A DNA stretch of 64,000 bases from NCBI GenBank assembly GCA_963787525.1, contig CAWBDK010000005.1, positions 1,891,331 through 1,955,330 on the forward strand, read 5' to 3'. Below, piece by piece: positions 50,204 to 59,351 of this stretch (positions are counted from its first letter, which is position 1; each line of letters begins with the position of its first letter). A program made the translations under genes and the position numbers. Below the pieces are notes generated by a model. It was not told where the DNA came from, made no database searches, and saw only the letters and a list, made by a program, of their open reading frames with translations. This DNA comes from an uncultured Acidimicrobiaceae bacterium. GTDB taxonomy: Bacteria > Actinomycetota > Acidimicrobiia > Acidimicrobiales > RAAP-2.

Positions 50204-52310
50204 CTGGTCGAACGACGACACTTCGGGTCCGTCCGTGCCATCGGCCGGCCCCAGCACCCAGATCCGAGCGGTGCAGGCCGCGGTGAGCGGCCAGGCCAGG
50301 CCCCGCTCCATCAGGTCGGCACCGCTCCACTGCTCCGCGTTGCGTTCGGGACCGGGCGCGGCGAGGTCGACAGCAGTGACCTCGTACCTCTGGCCCGGGT
50401 CGAGCCCGCCCAGGCGCAGCGCGCCGGCGCCGGCCGTGCCGTCGGCCAGCTGGTAGCCGAACACGACGGCCCGGTGGCCGTCGGGTGACAGGTACGAGAG
50501 CGCGGCGCGCTCGTCCGGAGGGAGCAACCGCCACAGGTCACCCAGTTGGACGAGCGGTCGAACGTCGCGGTAGAGCGCGACTGCCCGCCGACACACACGG
50601 CGCTCCGCGTCGGTGAGTCCCTCGAGGTCGACGTCGAAGCCGAACCGCGCGCTCATGGCCACCGCACATCCGAAGGCGATGGGCCGTTGGCCCAACCGGG
50701 TCACATGAGCCGCCACCACGTTGGCGGGGAGGAAGTGTGAGGCAGCCCACTGCATGCGCACCCGGTCGACCGGATCGGTGTTGTCCGACAGCCAGACCTC
50801 GTGGAACCAGCGCAGGGACCCGAGGTCGACGCGACCGCCTCCCGATGCACACAGCATGAGCGTCTGCTCGGGATGGCGCTCGGCGACCGTCGCCATCAGA
50901 TCCCACGTCGAGCGCGCGTGGTCGACCCAGTAGTTGGCCTGCCGGCCGGCGGCCAACGTCGGTGACCCGGGATCGGTGAGGAAGCGGTTGGCGTCCCACT
51001 TGAGGTAGCTGATGCCCGGGTTCTCGGCCAGGGTGCGATCGACGACGTCGAGGACGAAGTCGGCCACGGCGGGCTGCAGGACGTCGAGCACGAGCTGGTG
51101 GCGCATCTCGCGCCGGCGCCGCTTCGGGTGGCCGACGACCCAGTCGGGATGGTCGCCGTACAGCGTCGAGCGCGGGTTCACCATCTCGGGCTCCACCCAC
51201 AACCCGAACCGGATCCCACGCTCGCCGGCTCGCTCGATCAGCGGACGGAGGCCCCCCGGCAGCCTGGCCTCGTTCACCTGCCAGTCGCCCAGGCCGGCAG
51301 AGTCGTCGTCGCGAGGGTGCGACGTGCCGAACCAGCCGTCGTCGAGCAGGAAGAGCTCGGCGCCGAGGTCCGCCGCCTCGTCGATCAGACCGAGGAGGCG
51401 ATTGGTGTCGAAGGAGAAGAAGGTGGCCTCCCAGTTGTTGACCACGATCGGGCGCAGCTCGTCACCGTCACGCACGGCACCGGCGCGCACCCAGCGGTGG
51501 AATCGCCGGCTCAGGGGCCCGACCCCCTCGCTCGACCAGGCCCAGATCTGCTCGGGTGTACTGAACGTGGAACCGGGGTCGAGCACGTACTCGGCCGCCA
51601 TGGGGTTGTGTCCACACCAGGCCCGTACCGTGGCGGCCGTGGTCCGTTCGAAGGCAAAGCGCATGTTGCCGCCCCAGGCCAATGCGCCGGCGACGACGGT
51701 CCCGCTCGCCTCCTGTGGCGGCCCCTCGGGGGCGAGGAGGAAGAAGGGGCACGCCCGCAGGTGGGGCTGGACGCCACCGCGCGAGTCGACGAGCTTGGTG
51801 CCGGGAGTGAGCAGCTCGGTGGTCGTGGTCCACTCCGCCGACCAGTCGCCCCCGCCGTAGTGTGTCAGGTGGGGCGAGGCGGCGCCCAGGAGCGGCGAGG
51901 CCGCCGCCACCTCGAAGAGGGTGACCGCGTCGGGCTGCCGGTTGGTGACCGTCACCCACTGACGCAGCACGCCGTGGTTCTCGCTGTCGAAGTAGAGCCG
52001 GACCTCGAGCGGGTAGTCGGGGTCGACCAGCCGTATCTCGGTGCGCGGCACCGGTCTGCCGGGCGTCCTCCACCACCAGCCGGGTCGTCGTGGTGCCGTC
52101 GCCGTGGGTGACCCGCAGCGCGGGCGCCCGGGTCGGCTCCTCGTCGTAGGCCGGGTAGGCCAGCGGGTATGCCTGTGCCGGCACGCCGGCCGGCAATCGC
52201 TCCATGTGCGCCTCGATGTCCGGCCCGAATCCCGCCTGGCGCAGGTGCCCGCGATCATCGACGAGGAACCCGTAGCCGGCGCCAGCGGCCGAGACGACGA
52301 TGCTGCGCAT
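50198..52310 (-). CDS. GH36 alpha-galactosidase, frameshift near 52050
   Basis: MRSIVVSAAGAGYGFLVDDRG...RLVVEDARQTG, then ...VVNNWEATFFSFD...FLLDDGWFG...GLGDWQV...FGLWVEPEMVNP...PDWV...YLKWDANR...CASGGGR...EVWLSDNTD (GH36 catalytic-region motifs). It overlaps the convergent FUSC gene by 6 nt. Confidence 0.85.
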
Positions 52311-52414
52311 GCGCTCACCATTGCAGAAGCCCGGGCGCGCCACCCGGCCCGGGCCGGGGCTCCCGACTGCACCGCGAGGAGAGAGGACTCCGGCCCAGGC
52401 GCGATGATGCCCCC

Positions 52415-53500
52415 ATGGCAGAGAAGGAAGAGAAGAAAAGGGTCGTCGTCTGGGGCACCGGGTTCGTGGGGAAGATGGTCATCCCCGAGGTGCTGCGTCA
52501 CCCGAACTTCGAACTGGTCGGCGTCGGCGTCAACGACAAGGACAAGGTCGGCCGCGACGTCGGTGACATCTGCGGCATCGCGCCGATCGGCATCAGCGCG
52601 ACGGACGACCTCGATGCGCTGATCGCCCTCCGCCCCGATGCCCTGGTGCACTACGGGCCCACCGCCGGCAACGCCGACGCCAACATCCGGGACATGGGCG
52701 CCTTCCTGCGCGCCGGCATCGACGTGTGCTCGACGGCCATGACGCCGTGGGTCTGGCCGCACATGAAGCTCAACCCGCCGTCGTGGATCGACCCCATCAC
52801 CGAGGCCTGCGCGGAGGGCGGCGCCACCTGCTTCACCACCGGCATCGATCCGGGCTTCGCCAACGATCTCTTTCCTATGACGCTGATGGGCCTCTGCGCC
52901 GAGGTGCGCAAGGTCAAGGCTCTCGAGCTCGTTGACTACATCAATTACACGGGTGCCTACGAGGACGAGATGGGCATCGGCCGCTCGCCCGAGTTCACGC
53001 CCCTCCTCGAGCACACCGACATCCTGGTCATGTCGTGGGGCGCCACGGTGCCGATGATGGCCTACGCCGCGGGCATCGAGCTCGATGCGATCACGAGCAC
53101 CTGGGACAAGTGGGTCACCGATGCCCCCATCACGACCGCCAAGGGTGTCATCAACCCCGGCGAGGTGGCGGCCATCCACTTCACCATCAACGGGATGTAC
53201 AAGGGCGAGCCCCGCATCTGCCTCGAGCACGTCAACCGGGTGGGCACCGACGCCGCACCGGACTGGCCCCGGGGCACCCAGGACGACGTCTACCGGGTCG
53301 AGATCGAGGGCACGCCGTCGATCACCCAGGAGACCGCCTTCCGCTTCACCGACGGCAGCGGGCGCGACGCCGCCGCAGCGGGTTGCCTGGCCACCGGGCT
53401 CCGGGCCCTCAACGCGGTGCCGGCCGTCAACGACCTTCCGGCCGGGTGGGCCACCGCCCTCGACCTGCCGCTCATCCCTGGGGCGGGAACCATTCGCTGA
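52415..53500 (+). CDS. NAD(P)-binding oxidoreductase of the DapB-N/amine-dehydrogenase-like family
   Basis: Intact 361 aa. KRVVVWGTGFVGKMVIPEVLRHPNFELVGVGVND is a Rossmann GxGxxG region, followed by ...CFTTGIDPGFANDLFPMTL... This resembles dihydrodipicolinate-reductase-like or 2,4-diaminopentanoate-dehydrogenase-like proteins. Confidence 0.65.
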   Translation: MAEKEEKKRVVVWGTGFVGKMVIPEVLRHPNFELVGVGVNDKDKVGRDVGDICGIAPIGISATDDLDALIALRPDALVHYGPTAGNADANIRDMGAFLRAGIDVCSTAMTPWVWPHMKLNPPSWIDPITEACAEGGATCFTTGIDPGFANDLFPMTLMGLCAEVRKVKALELVDYINYTGAYEDEMGIGRSPEFTPLLEHTDILVMSWGATVPMMAYAAGIELDAITSTWDKWVTDAPITTAKGVINPGEVAAIHFTINGMYKGEPRICLEHVNRVGTDAAPDWPRGTQDDVYRVEIEGTPSITQETAFRFTDGSGRDAAAAGCLATGLRALNAVPAVNDLPAGWATALDLPLIPGAGTIR

Positions 53501-53842
53501 TGGGTCGGGGGAGGGCGTCGCGGCGTCCCCCGAAGCCGGCCGCGGAGAACCTCAGGAGCCCCTTCGGCGAGCCGGCCGACGACCGGCGTCGATGGGACCG
53601 CGTGGCATGTGCTCCGCGCCTGGTGAAAACACACGGGCTGCAGGGCCAGACATTCCACAACACATCCACAATTACGCTCAAGGAATTCGGTGGTTCTGCC
53701 GAAGAGGGCGCCCGCCATTTTCGCCCTCTCGCAGTGTCCGCCCGCGCAGCACGAGGCGAGCACGAGGCGACCGGGGGTCGATGTCGGCAAGCTAACTGGC
53801 CTCGCCCGCGAGCGGTAGAGCCGTTCGTCGCAATTGCCCGAT

Positions 53843-53931
53843 GCTGTTAACACCGGAAGCGGCGGCAACACGCCTCCGTCAGAACGTCCTGTGCAGGTTG
53901 CTGTTAACACCCGCTCCGTGGTGTTAACACC
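53843..53931. promoter_or_regulatory. three copies of a palindromic TGTTAACA core (GCTGTTAACACC x2, GGTGTTAACACC x1) in a long intergenic region
   Basis: The copies lie at 53843-53854, 53900-53911 and 53920-53931. They are AT-rich palindromes in a ~70% GC background, ~400-490 bp upstream of the 54329 ATG. Confidence 0.4.
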
Positions 53932-54328
53932 AGGCCGGCACCCGTGAAGGATCATCCGGCGGCCTGTCCGAAGCACGAAAGCCGCCACGCTGAAGTCGAT
54001 CCCCCGGCGCGGACCGCCCGGCAGTTCGTGAGCGAACGCCCGTCACCCGTCCCCCAGCACGGGTGCGTCGAACGGCAGCGTCTCGGACGCGTCGGGGTCG
54101 GTTTTCGGCCGAGCGGGCGTGAAAAACGGATGGTTGAATGCTGGCGTTGGTAGCGCGAAGCCCATCGGAAGCACGATGGGCAGGCGGTCACAAGCATGGC
54201 GAGAAACTCAAGAAGTTGCCCACCCGGGCGACCGTGTCGGCAGCGGGCAAGTGGTGCCGCTGGCCGGTCGATCGAACCCCGGGTGGGCGCCCCCCCACCC
54301 CTGATGTGCGACGACGGAGGATTGAGGC

Positions 54329-57091
54329 ATGCGACGACTGGCTTTGTTGGATTGGACTTCTTCACGTCGACCTGAGGGCCGCCGCCGGAGCCGGCGGGCC
54401 AGCCGGGTGCGCGGGGTCGTCACCGGTGGTCTGGCCTCAGCCCTTGGCATCGTCGGGCTCGTCGCCTTCGCGACCCCGGCCTTCGCACAGGACAACGCCA
54501 TCACCGCAACCGCGTCCTGCTCCAGCCCGCTCGGAACGGGCGCCCAGATCACCTGGACCATCGCCAACACCTCCGACCAGCCGGAGACGGGCTCGGTCAG
54601 CACGGTCACCGGCGGTCTCGGCACGTTGAACACCACCACCTACACCATCCCCTCCTCGCCGGGCCAGCCCTCCCAGACCTCGACGCTCACGCAGACGCTG
54701 CCCGCCGGCGCGACCGGCGTCATCACCCTCGACGTCTCGAGCACGTGGTCCGACGGCAGCTCCGGCACCGACAGCGGCACCTTCGACCTCTCGACGATCA
54801 ACTGTGCCGCGCCCCAGCAGACGATCACGGGGAACGCGACCCCATCGTCGGTCACGCCGTCGTCGGTAACTCCGTCCCCGGTGAGCCCGTCCCCGGTGAG
54901 CCCGTCGTCGGTGAGCGCATCTTCGGTAGCCCCATCGTCGGTAACTCCGTCCCCGGTAACTCCATCCCCGGTAACTCCATCCCCGGTGAGCCCGTCGTCG
55001 GTGAGCTCGCCGTCGATTGCCCACTCGTCGGTCACGCCCTCCTCGGTGAAACCCTCGTGGTCATCCAGCTCGTCGTACCCCTCCATCTGGATGAAGAAGT
55101 CCGCCAGCGTCAGCTCGTTCTCGGCTCCGGGCACACTGATCACCTACTCGTACAAGGTGACCAACACGGGCAACGTGACGCTGAACCCGGTGACGGTGAC
55201 CGATCCGATGGTGGGCCTCTCGCCCATCTCGTGCCCCGCGACCTCGCTCGCACCCTGGGTCAGCGAGACCTGCACGGCCACCTACACGACCACGCAGAGC
55301 GACGTGGACAATGGGTCGCTGCAGAACACGGGAACGGCGACCGGCACCCCACCCACCGGGCCCAACGTGACCGCGCAGTCCACGGTGTGCATCCCGGTTT
55401 GCTCGTACCCGTCGATCTGGATGAAGAAGTCGGCCAGCGTGAGCTCGTTCTCGGCTGCGGGCACACTGATCACCTACTCCTACAAGGTGACCAACACCGG
55501 CAACGTGACGCTGAACCCGGTGACGGTGACCGATCCGATGGTGGGCCTCTCGCCCATCTCGTGCCCCGCGACCTCGCTCGCACCCTGGGTCAGTGAGACC
55601 TGCACGGCCACCTACACGACCACGCAGAGCGACGTGGACAATGGGTCGTTGAAGAACACGGGCACGGCCACAGGCACCCCACCAAGCGGGCCCCCCGTGA
55701 CCGCCCAGTCCACGGTGTGCATCCCGGTCTGCCCGTACCCGTCGATCTCACTGAAGAAGTCGGCCAGCGTGAGCTCGTTCTCGGCTGCGGGCACACTGAT
55801 CACCTACTCCTACAAGGTGACCAACACCGGCAACGTGATCCTGAACCCCGTGACGGTGACGGATCCGATGGTGGGCCTCTCGCCCATCTCGTGCCCCGCC
55901 ACCTCCCTGGCGCCCTCGGTCAGCGAGACCTGCACGGCCACCTACACCACCACCCAGGGCGACGTGGACAATGGGTCGTTGAAGAACACGGGCACGGCCA
56001 CCGGTACCCCGCCCAGCGGACCTCCCGTCACCGCCCAGTCCACCGTGTGCATCCCCGCCGTCCAGACACCGTCCATCTCGGTGGTCAAGACGGCCGACGT
56101 TCCCACCGTGAGCGCGGTCGGCCAGGTGGTGACCTACACCTTCACGATCACCAACACCGGCAACGTGACGCTGTCCGACGTGGATGTCACGGACGCGCAA
56201 GCGCCCCCGTCGCTCGACTCGAGCCTCGGGCCGATCACCTGCACGACGGGCACGAACGGCTCCATCACCTTGGCGCCTCAGGCTACGGACACGTGTTCGG
56301 CCATCTACATCGTCACGCAGGACGATTTGCTCAACAACGCCATCACGGACACAGCGACGGTCACGGGTCAACCGCCGAACGGGCTCCCACCGGTGATGGG
56401 CAAGTGGACTCTGATGTTGAACGTGACCAAGGTGAGCGTCGTCAAGGCGGCCAGTCCGGCCGGCGGCGTCGTTGCCGGCTCGACCACTCCGATCGTCTAC
56501 ACGCTCACGGTGACGAACACCGGCAGCGCGACGACGACTGCTCCGATCGTGGTCACCGACTCGGCCCCACCCGGCACCACCCTGGTGGCGAACTCGCCAG
56601 CGTGCGTCACGGGTGGACCTCCGACGTGCACGGTGGCGGTGGCCAATGGCTCGATCAGCTGGACGATTCCGGCCGGTGTCGCACCCCGTGCGAGCTACAC
56701 GCTCACGTACTCGGTGACGGCCAACGCGTCGGACGCCACCGGCGTCATCACCAACACGGCCTCGTTCAGCGGCCCGGGCTGTGGCCCACCCGTGGCGACT
56801 CTCCCCGTCACGACGTGCGCCACCAACACCGTGACGACGCCGGTGACTGCAGCGCCGGTCACCGCACCTGTCGTGGTCACACCGACGGCGACGCCGACCG
56901 TCACCAGCACGCCGACGACGCCAACCCCGACGTCGCCCGTCACCTCGCCGGCGACCACCCAAGCGATCGCCTTCACCGGTGCGCCACTGACGCTGGAGGG
57001 GATCGTCGACCTGGCGGCGTTCCTGTTGGGTACTGCGCTCGTGGTTCTCGTCCGCTGGCCTCGGCGCAGAGCCAATCGCACAGCCTCGTAG
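54329..57091 (+). CDS. large cell-surface protein: signal peptide, N-domain, PSxV linker, DUF11-type repeat domains, C-terminal LAxTG-like (IAFTG) sorting signal
   Basis: Intact 920 aa. The signal ...GLASALGIVGLVAFATPAFA|QD is followed by (P-S-S/P-V-T/S)n and five domains with ...TYSYKVTNTGNVTLNPVTVTDP...C....ETCTATYTVTQ.DVD.G...NTATATG... (TIGR01451/DUF11 style). The end reads QAIAFTGAPLTLEGIVDLAAFLLGTALVVLVRWPRRRANR. Confidence 0.85.
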   Translation: MRRLALLDWTSSRRPEGRRRSRRASRVRGVVTGGLASALGIVGLVAFATPAFAQDNAITATASCSSPLGTGAQITWTIANTSDQPETGSVSTVTGGLGTLNTTTYTIPSSPGQPSQTSTLTQTLPAGATGVITLDVSSTWSDGSSGTDSGTFDLSTINCAAPQQTITGNATPSSVTPSSVTPSPVSPSPVSPSSVSASSVAPSSVTPSPVTPSPVTPSPVSPSSVSSPSIAHSSVTPSSVKPSWSSSSSYPSIWMKKSASVSSFSAPGTLITYSYKVTNTGNVTLNPVTVTDPMVGLSPISCPATSLAPWVSETCTATYTTTQSDVDNGSLQNTGTATGTPPTGPNVTAQSTVCIPVCSYPSIWMKKSASVSSFSAAGTLITYSYKVTNTGNVTLNPVTVTDPMVGLSPISCPATSLAPWVSETCTATYTTTQSDVDNGSLKNTGTATGTPPSGPPVTAQSTVCIPVCPYPSISLKKSASVSSFSAAGTLITYSYKVTNTGNVILNPVTVTDPMVGLSPISCPATSLAPSVSETCTATYTTTQGDVDNGSLKNTGTATGTPPSGPPVTAQSTVCIPAVQTPSISVVKTADVPTVSAVGQVVTYTFTITNTGNVTLSDVDVTDAQAPPSLDSSLGPITCTTGTNGSITLAPQATDTCSAIYIVTQDDLLNNAITDTATVTGQPPNGLPPVMGKWTLMLNVTKVSVVKAASPAGGVVAGSTTPIVYTLTVTNTGSATTTAPIVVTDSAPPGTTLVANSPACVTGGPPTCTVAVANGSISWTIPAGVAPRASYTLTYSVTANASDATGVITNTASFSGPGCGPPVATLPVTTCATNTVTTPVTAAPVTAPVVVTPTATPTVTSTPTTPTPTSPVTSPATTQAIAFTGAPLTLEGIVDLAAFLLGTALVVLVRWPRRRANRTAS
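54838..55035 (+). repeat. 15-bp (5-aa, P-S-x-V-x) tandem coding repeats forming a linker
   Basis: TPSSVTPSSVTPSPVSPSPVSPSSVSASSVAPSSVTPSPVTPSPVTPSPVSPSSVSSPS, encoded by ccgtcgtcggtNacN-type units. Confidence 0.8.
55072..56064 (+). repeat. three near-identical 330-bp tandem coding repeats (110-aa DUF11-type domains)
   Basis: The landmarks ctccatctgg at 55081, gtcgatctgg at 55411 and gtcgatctca at 55741 give an exact 330-bp period. Only scattered substitutions separate the copies. Confidence 0.9.
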
Positions 57092-57335
57092 AGGATCGGA
57101 GCCTCAGAGCGGAGAGGGCTCGTCGATCAGCGACGTGCCGCGCCGCAGCGCGGAGAGGAACCGCACCGGGGACAGATGCAGGCGGTGGCAGCCCAGGAGG
57201 CAGGTCCAGTGAGCCGGTGACGGCGGCGAGGGGACCTCGAGCACCTCGCGCCGGCGGGAGAGGCTGGCTCACTCCCGAGTCGGGACTATCAGCTAAGAAG
57301 GTCCGAGTGCGGAGTCAACCAATGCGGGGACGGAC

Positions 57336-58325
57336 GTGACGGACTCGTCGGCATCTGCCCCGCCCACCGTCGCTCCATTCGATCCGCGATCGGTCTCCAT
57401 CCGGCTCTACCCGCACAATGAACTTCCCGCCGCCGTCATTGTCAGCGAGCTCTGCGCACAAGCTGGGCTCGCGCTCAGCAGTGGGTTCGACGGCGTCATG
57501 ACCAGCGAGCACCACGGCGGCTTTGCCGGCTACATGGCGCAGCCGCTGCAGATGGCCTCCTTCGTCTTGGCCGAGCACGCGACGGGGTGGGCCGCGCCCG
57601 CACCCCTTCTCCTTCCTCTGCGGTCCACCGCACTCGTTGCCGAGGAGGTGGCGTGGCTCCGGGCTCGTTATTGCGGCCGCGTCGGGCTCGGCGTGGCTGC
57701 GGGCGCCCTGCCACTGGACTTCGAGGTGGCTGGCGTCAGCCAGGCCGATGCCATCGACCGCTTCAAGTCGGAGCTTCCGCGGCTCGTCGCGATGCTCCGA
57801 GGTGAGAATCTGGGCGAGCTCGACGGGGATCCGGCGCTGCGGGCCTGCCACGAGGCTCCGGTTCCGGTGCTCAGCGCGGCCGTGTCGACCGCCGCCGCCG
57901 TTCGAGCGGCCCGGTGCGGAGCCGGGATCCTCATGGAGGGGATGTCAACGCCGCAGAGGCTCGCCCGACTGACCCGGGCCTTCGATCAGACCGGGGGAAA
58001 GGGCTCCAAGGTTCTCATACGCAGGGTGTGGCTGGGCCAGATGCCCTCTGGGCTGATTGACAGGCAGCGGGCCGTCTATGAGTCCTACGCCGCGAGCGCC
58101 AGCTCATTCGGTGCGGATCAGACGATCGCGTCGGATGAACCGGACGAGATGGTGGAAGAGCTGGCGGCAACCGTGACGGAAGTCGGCGCTGACGCGCTCA
58201 ACCTCAGGGTGCAGCTTCCCGGCATGTCGCCCGAGCAGGTACGGGAGCAGATCGCGCGGATCGGGTCCACCGTCGTTGCGCCGCTGAAGAAGATCTGGTC
58301 CTCACCGGGACGAGGAGCCCCGTGA
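57336..58325 (+). CDS. LLM-class (luciferase-like) flavin-dependent oxidoreductase
   Basis: Intact 329 aa: GFDGVMTSEHHGGFAGYMAQPLQMASFVLA...VGLGVAAGALPLDFEVAG...NLRVQLPGMSPEQVREQIARIG. Confidence 0.75.
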   Translation: MTDSSASAPPTVAPFDPRSVSIRLYPHNELPAAVIVSELCAQAGLALSSGFDGVMTSEHHGGFAGYMAQPLQMASFVLAEHATGWAAPAPLLLPLRSTALVAEEVAWLRARYCGRVGLGVAAGALPLDFEVAGVSQADAIDRFKSELPRLVAMLRGENLGELDGDPALRACHEAPVPVLSAAVSTAAAVRAARCGAGILMEGMSTPQRLARLTRAFDQTGGKGSKVLIRRVWLGQMPSGLIDRQRAVYESYAASASSFGADQTIASDEPDEMVEELAATVTEVGADALNLRVQLPGMSPEQVREQIARIGSTVVAPLKKIWSSPGRGAP

Positions 58326-59171
58326 TCACCGGATAGGCGTCCAGCCGCTCGAGAGATGGTTCCCGCCGTCGACGTCCAGGGTGATCCCGGTGATCTGCCG
58401 TGCGTCGTCGGACAACAGGAAGCACACGGCGGCGGCGATGTCCTCGGCCTCGGTGAGCCGGCCGAGCGGGAGAGCCGAGCCCGCGGCCGCACCTGCGTCG
58501 GTTTGCCAGATGGGCCGGGTCGCCGTGGTGCGCACCAGGCCGGGGCTCACCGCGTTCACCCGCACGCCCCGACCGGCCAGGTCGGCCGCAATGGTGCGGG
58601 TCATGGCATTCAGCGCCGCCTTGGCCGATGCATAGGACACCATGGCGGAGGTGGTCTTGCGCGGTGAGCCGCTCGAAATGGTCACCACCGAGCCAGCGTT
58701 GTCACCTAGACCCTGGGCAAGCGCGGCACGGATCAGGGCGACGGCCGGCCAGGTGTTGAGCCGGTACGTCTCGAGGAGCTGCTCCTCGCTGATGGCATCG
58801 AAGGAGAACGGGTACGGGGCGCCGCCCACTGTGCTGACGACGTGGTCGATGCGTCCGAACGCTTCCATGGCCCGCTCCGTGAGCGTTGCCACGGCTGGTT
58901 CGGTATCCATGGACCCGACGACACCGACGACGTCAAGGCCCTCGGCACGGAGGGCAGTCTCCGCTGACGCCACCCGATCCTCGTTGCGGCCGTTGATGAC
59001 CACCGACGCACCTTCTCGCGCCAGACGGAGCGCACAGGATCTTCCGATGCTCGGGTCGGCGGTCGAACCGGTGACGATGGCCACGCGACCGGAGAACCGT
59101 GGGGCTCCACCCACTGTGGTCGCGTCATCGCGCGACCCGCGTGATCCGGTCGGTTGGGTCCACACGCTCAT
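58326..59171 (-). CDS. short-chain dehydrogenase/reductase (SDR)
   Basis: Intact: GRVAIVTGSTADPSIGRSCALRLAREGASVVINGRN...NAGSVVTISSGS...MVSYASAKAALNAMTRTIAADL...VRVNAVSPGLV...ITGITLDVDGG. It abuts the convergent LLM gene stop-to-stop. Confidence 0.85.
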   Translation of the reverse strand: MSVWTQPTGSRGSRDDATTVGGAPRFSGRVAIVTGSTADPSIGRSCALRLAREGASVVINGRNEDRVASAETALRAEGLDVVGVVGSMDTEPAVATLTERAMEAFGRIDHVVSTVGGAPYPFSFDAISEEQLLETYRLNTWPAVALIRAALAQGLGDNAGSVVTISSGSPRKTTSAMVSYASAKAALNAMTRTIAADLAGRGVRVNAVSPGLVRTTATRPIWQTDAGAAAGSALPLGRLTEAEDIAAAVCFLLSDDARQITGITLDVDGGNHLSSGWTPIR

Positions 59172-59351
59172 CTTGTCCCACGACGTCGATGGGGCGCTCG
59201 TGCAGTCGACCTCGCTCGTCCCGGGGCAGGGACCATGCGCAAACTCACCGGGCCCGCTTGCCCACGCGAACGGCTCGCTAGTGTGGGTGACACACACGGC
59301 GCAGCCTTCGGTGGGCGGACCTCCACGCTCGGCCCGACCGAAGGGACCCAC

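Noticed and set aside
53990-54150. Minus-strand peptide LPMGFALPTPAFNHPFFTPARPKTDPDASETLPFDAPVLGDG* with protein-like composition inside the long intergenic region.
   Set aside because: Only ~45 codons follow an in-frame TGA, with no start context or recognisable family. It may be a remnant but is not supportable as a gene.
54255-54300. A tRNA-like T-arm impression (ggtcgatcgaacccc) and a GC hairpin before the 54329 start.
   Set aside because: No cloverleaf can be drawn (no acceptor or anticodon stems). I kept it only as a possible 5'-UTR hairpin within the intergenic finding.
54437-56962. Antisense and alternative-frame ORFs across the surface-protein gene and elsewhere (for example 54437..55024-, 55748..56962-, 406..780-, 8072..8524+, 21238..21600-).
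   Set aside because: Their composition is dominated by R, G, P, A and H, with no motifs. They mirror the repeats of the sense gene and are expected by chance in high-GC DNA.
57110-57250. Minus-strand short ORF VLEVPSPPSPAHWTCLLGCHRLHLSPVRFLSALRRGTSLIDEPSPL, faintly like the C-terminal HTH of an AraC/LysR-type regulator, between the surface-protein and LLM genes.
   Set aside because: It is at most ~45-54 codons bounded by a stop, has no RBS, and the similarity is too weak. At best it is a gene relic.
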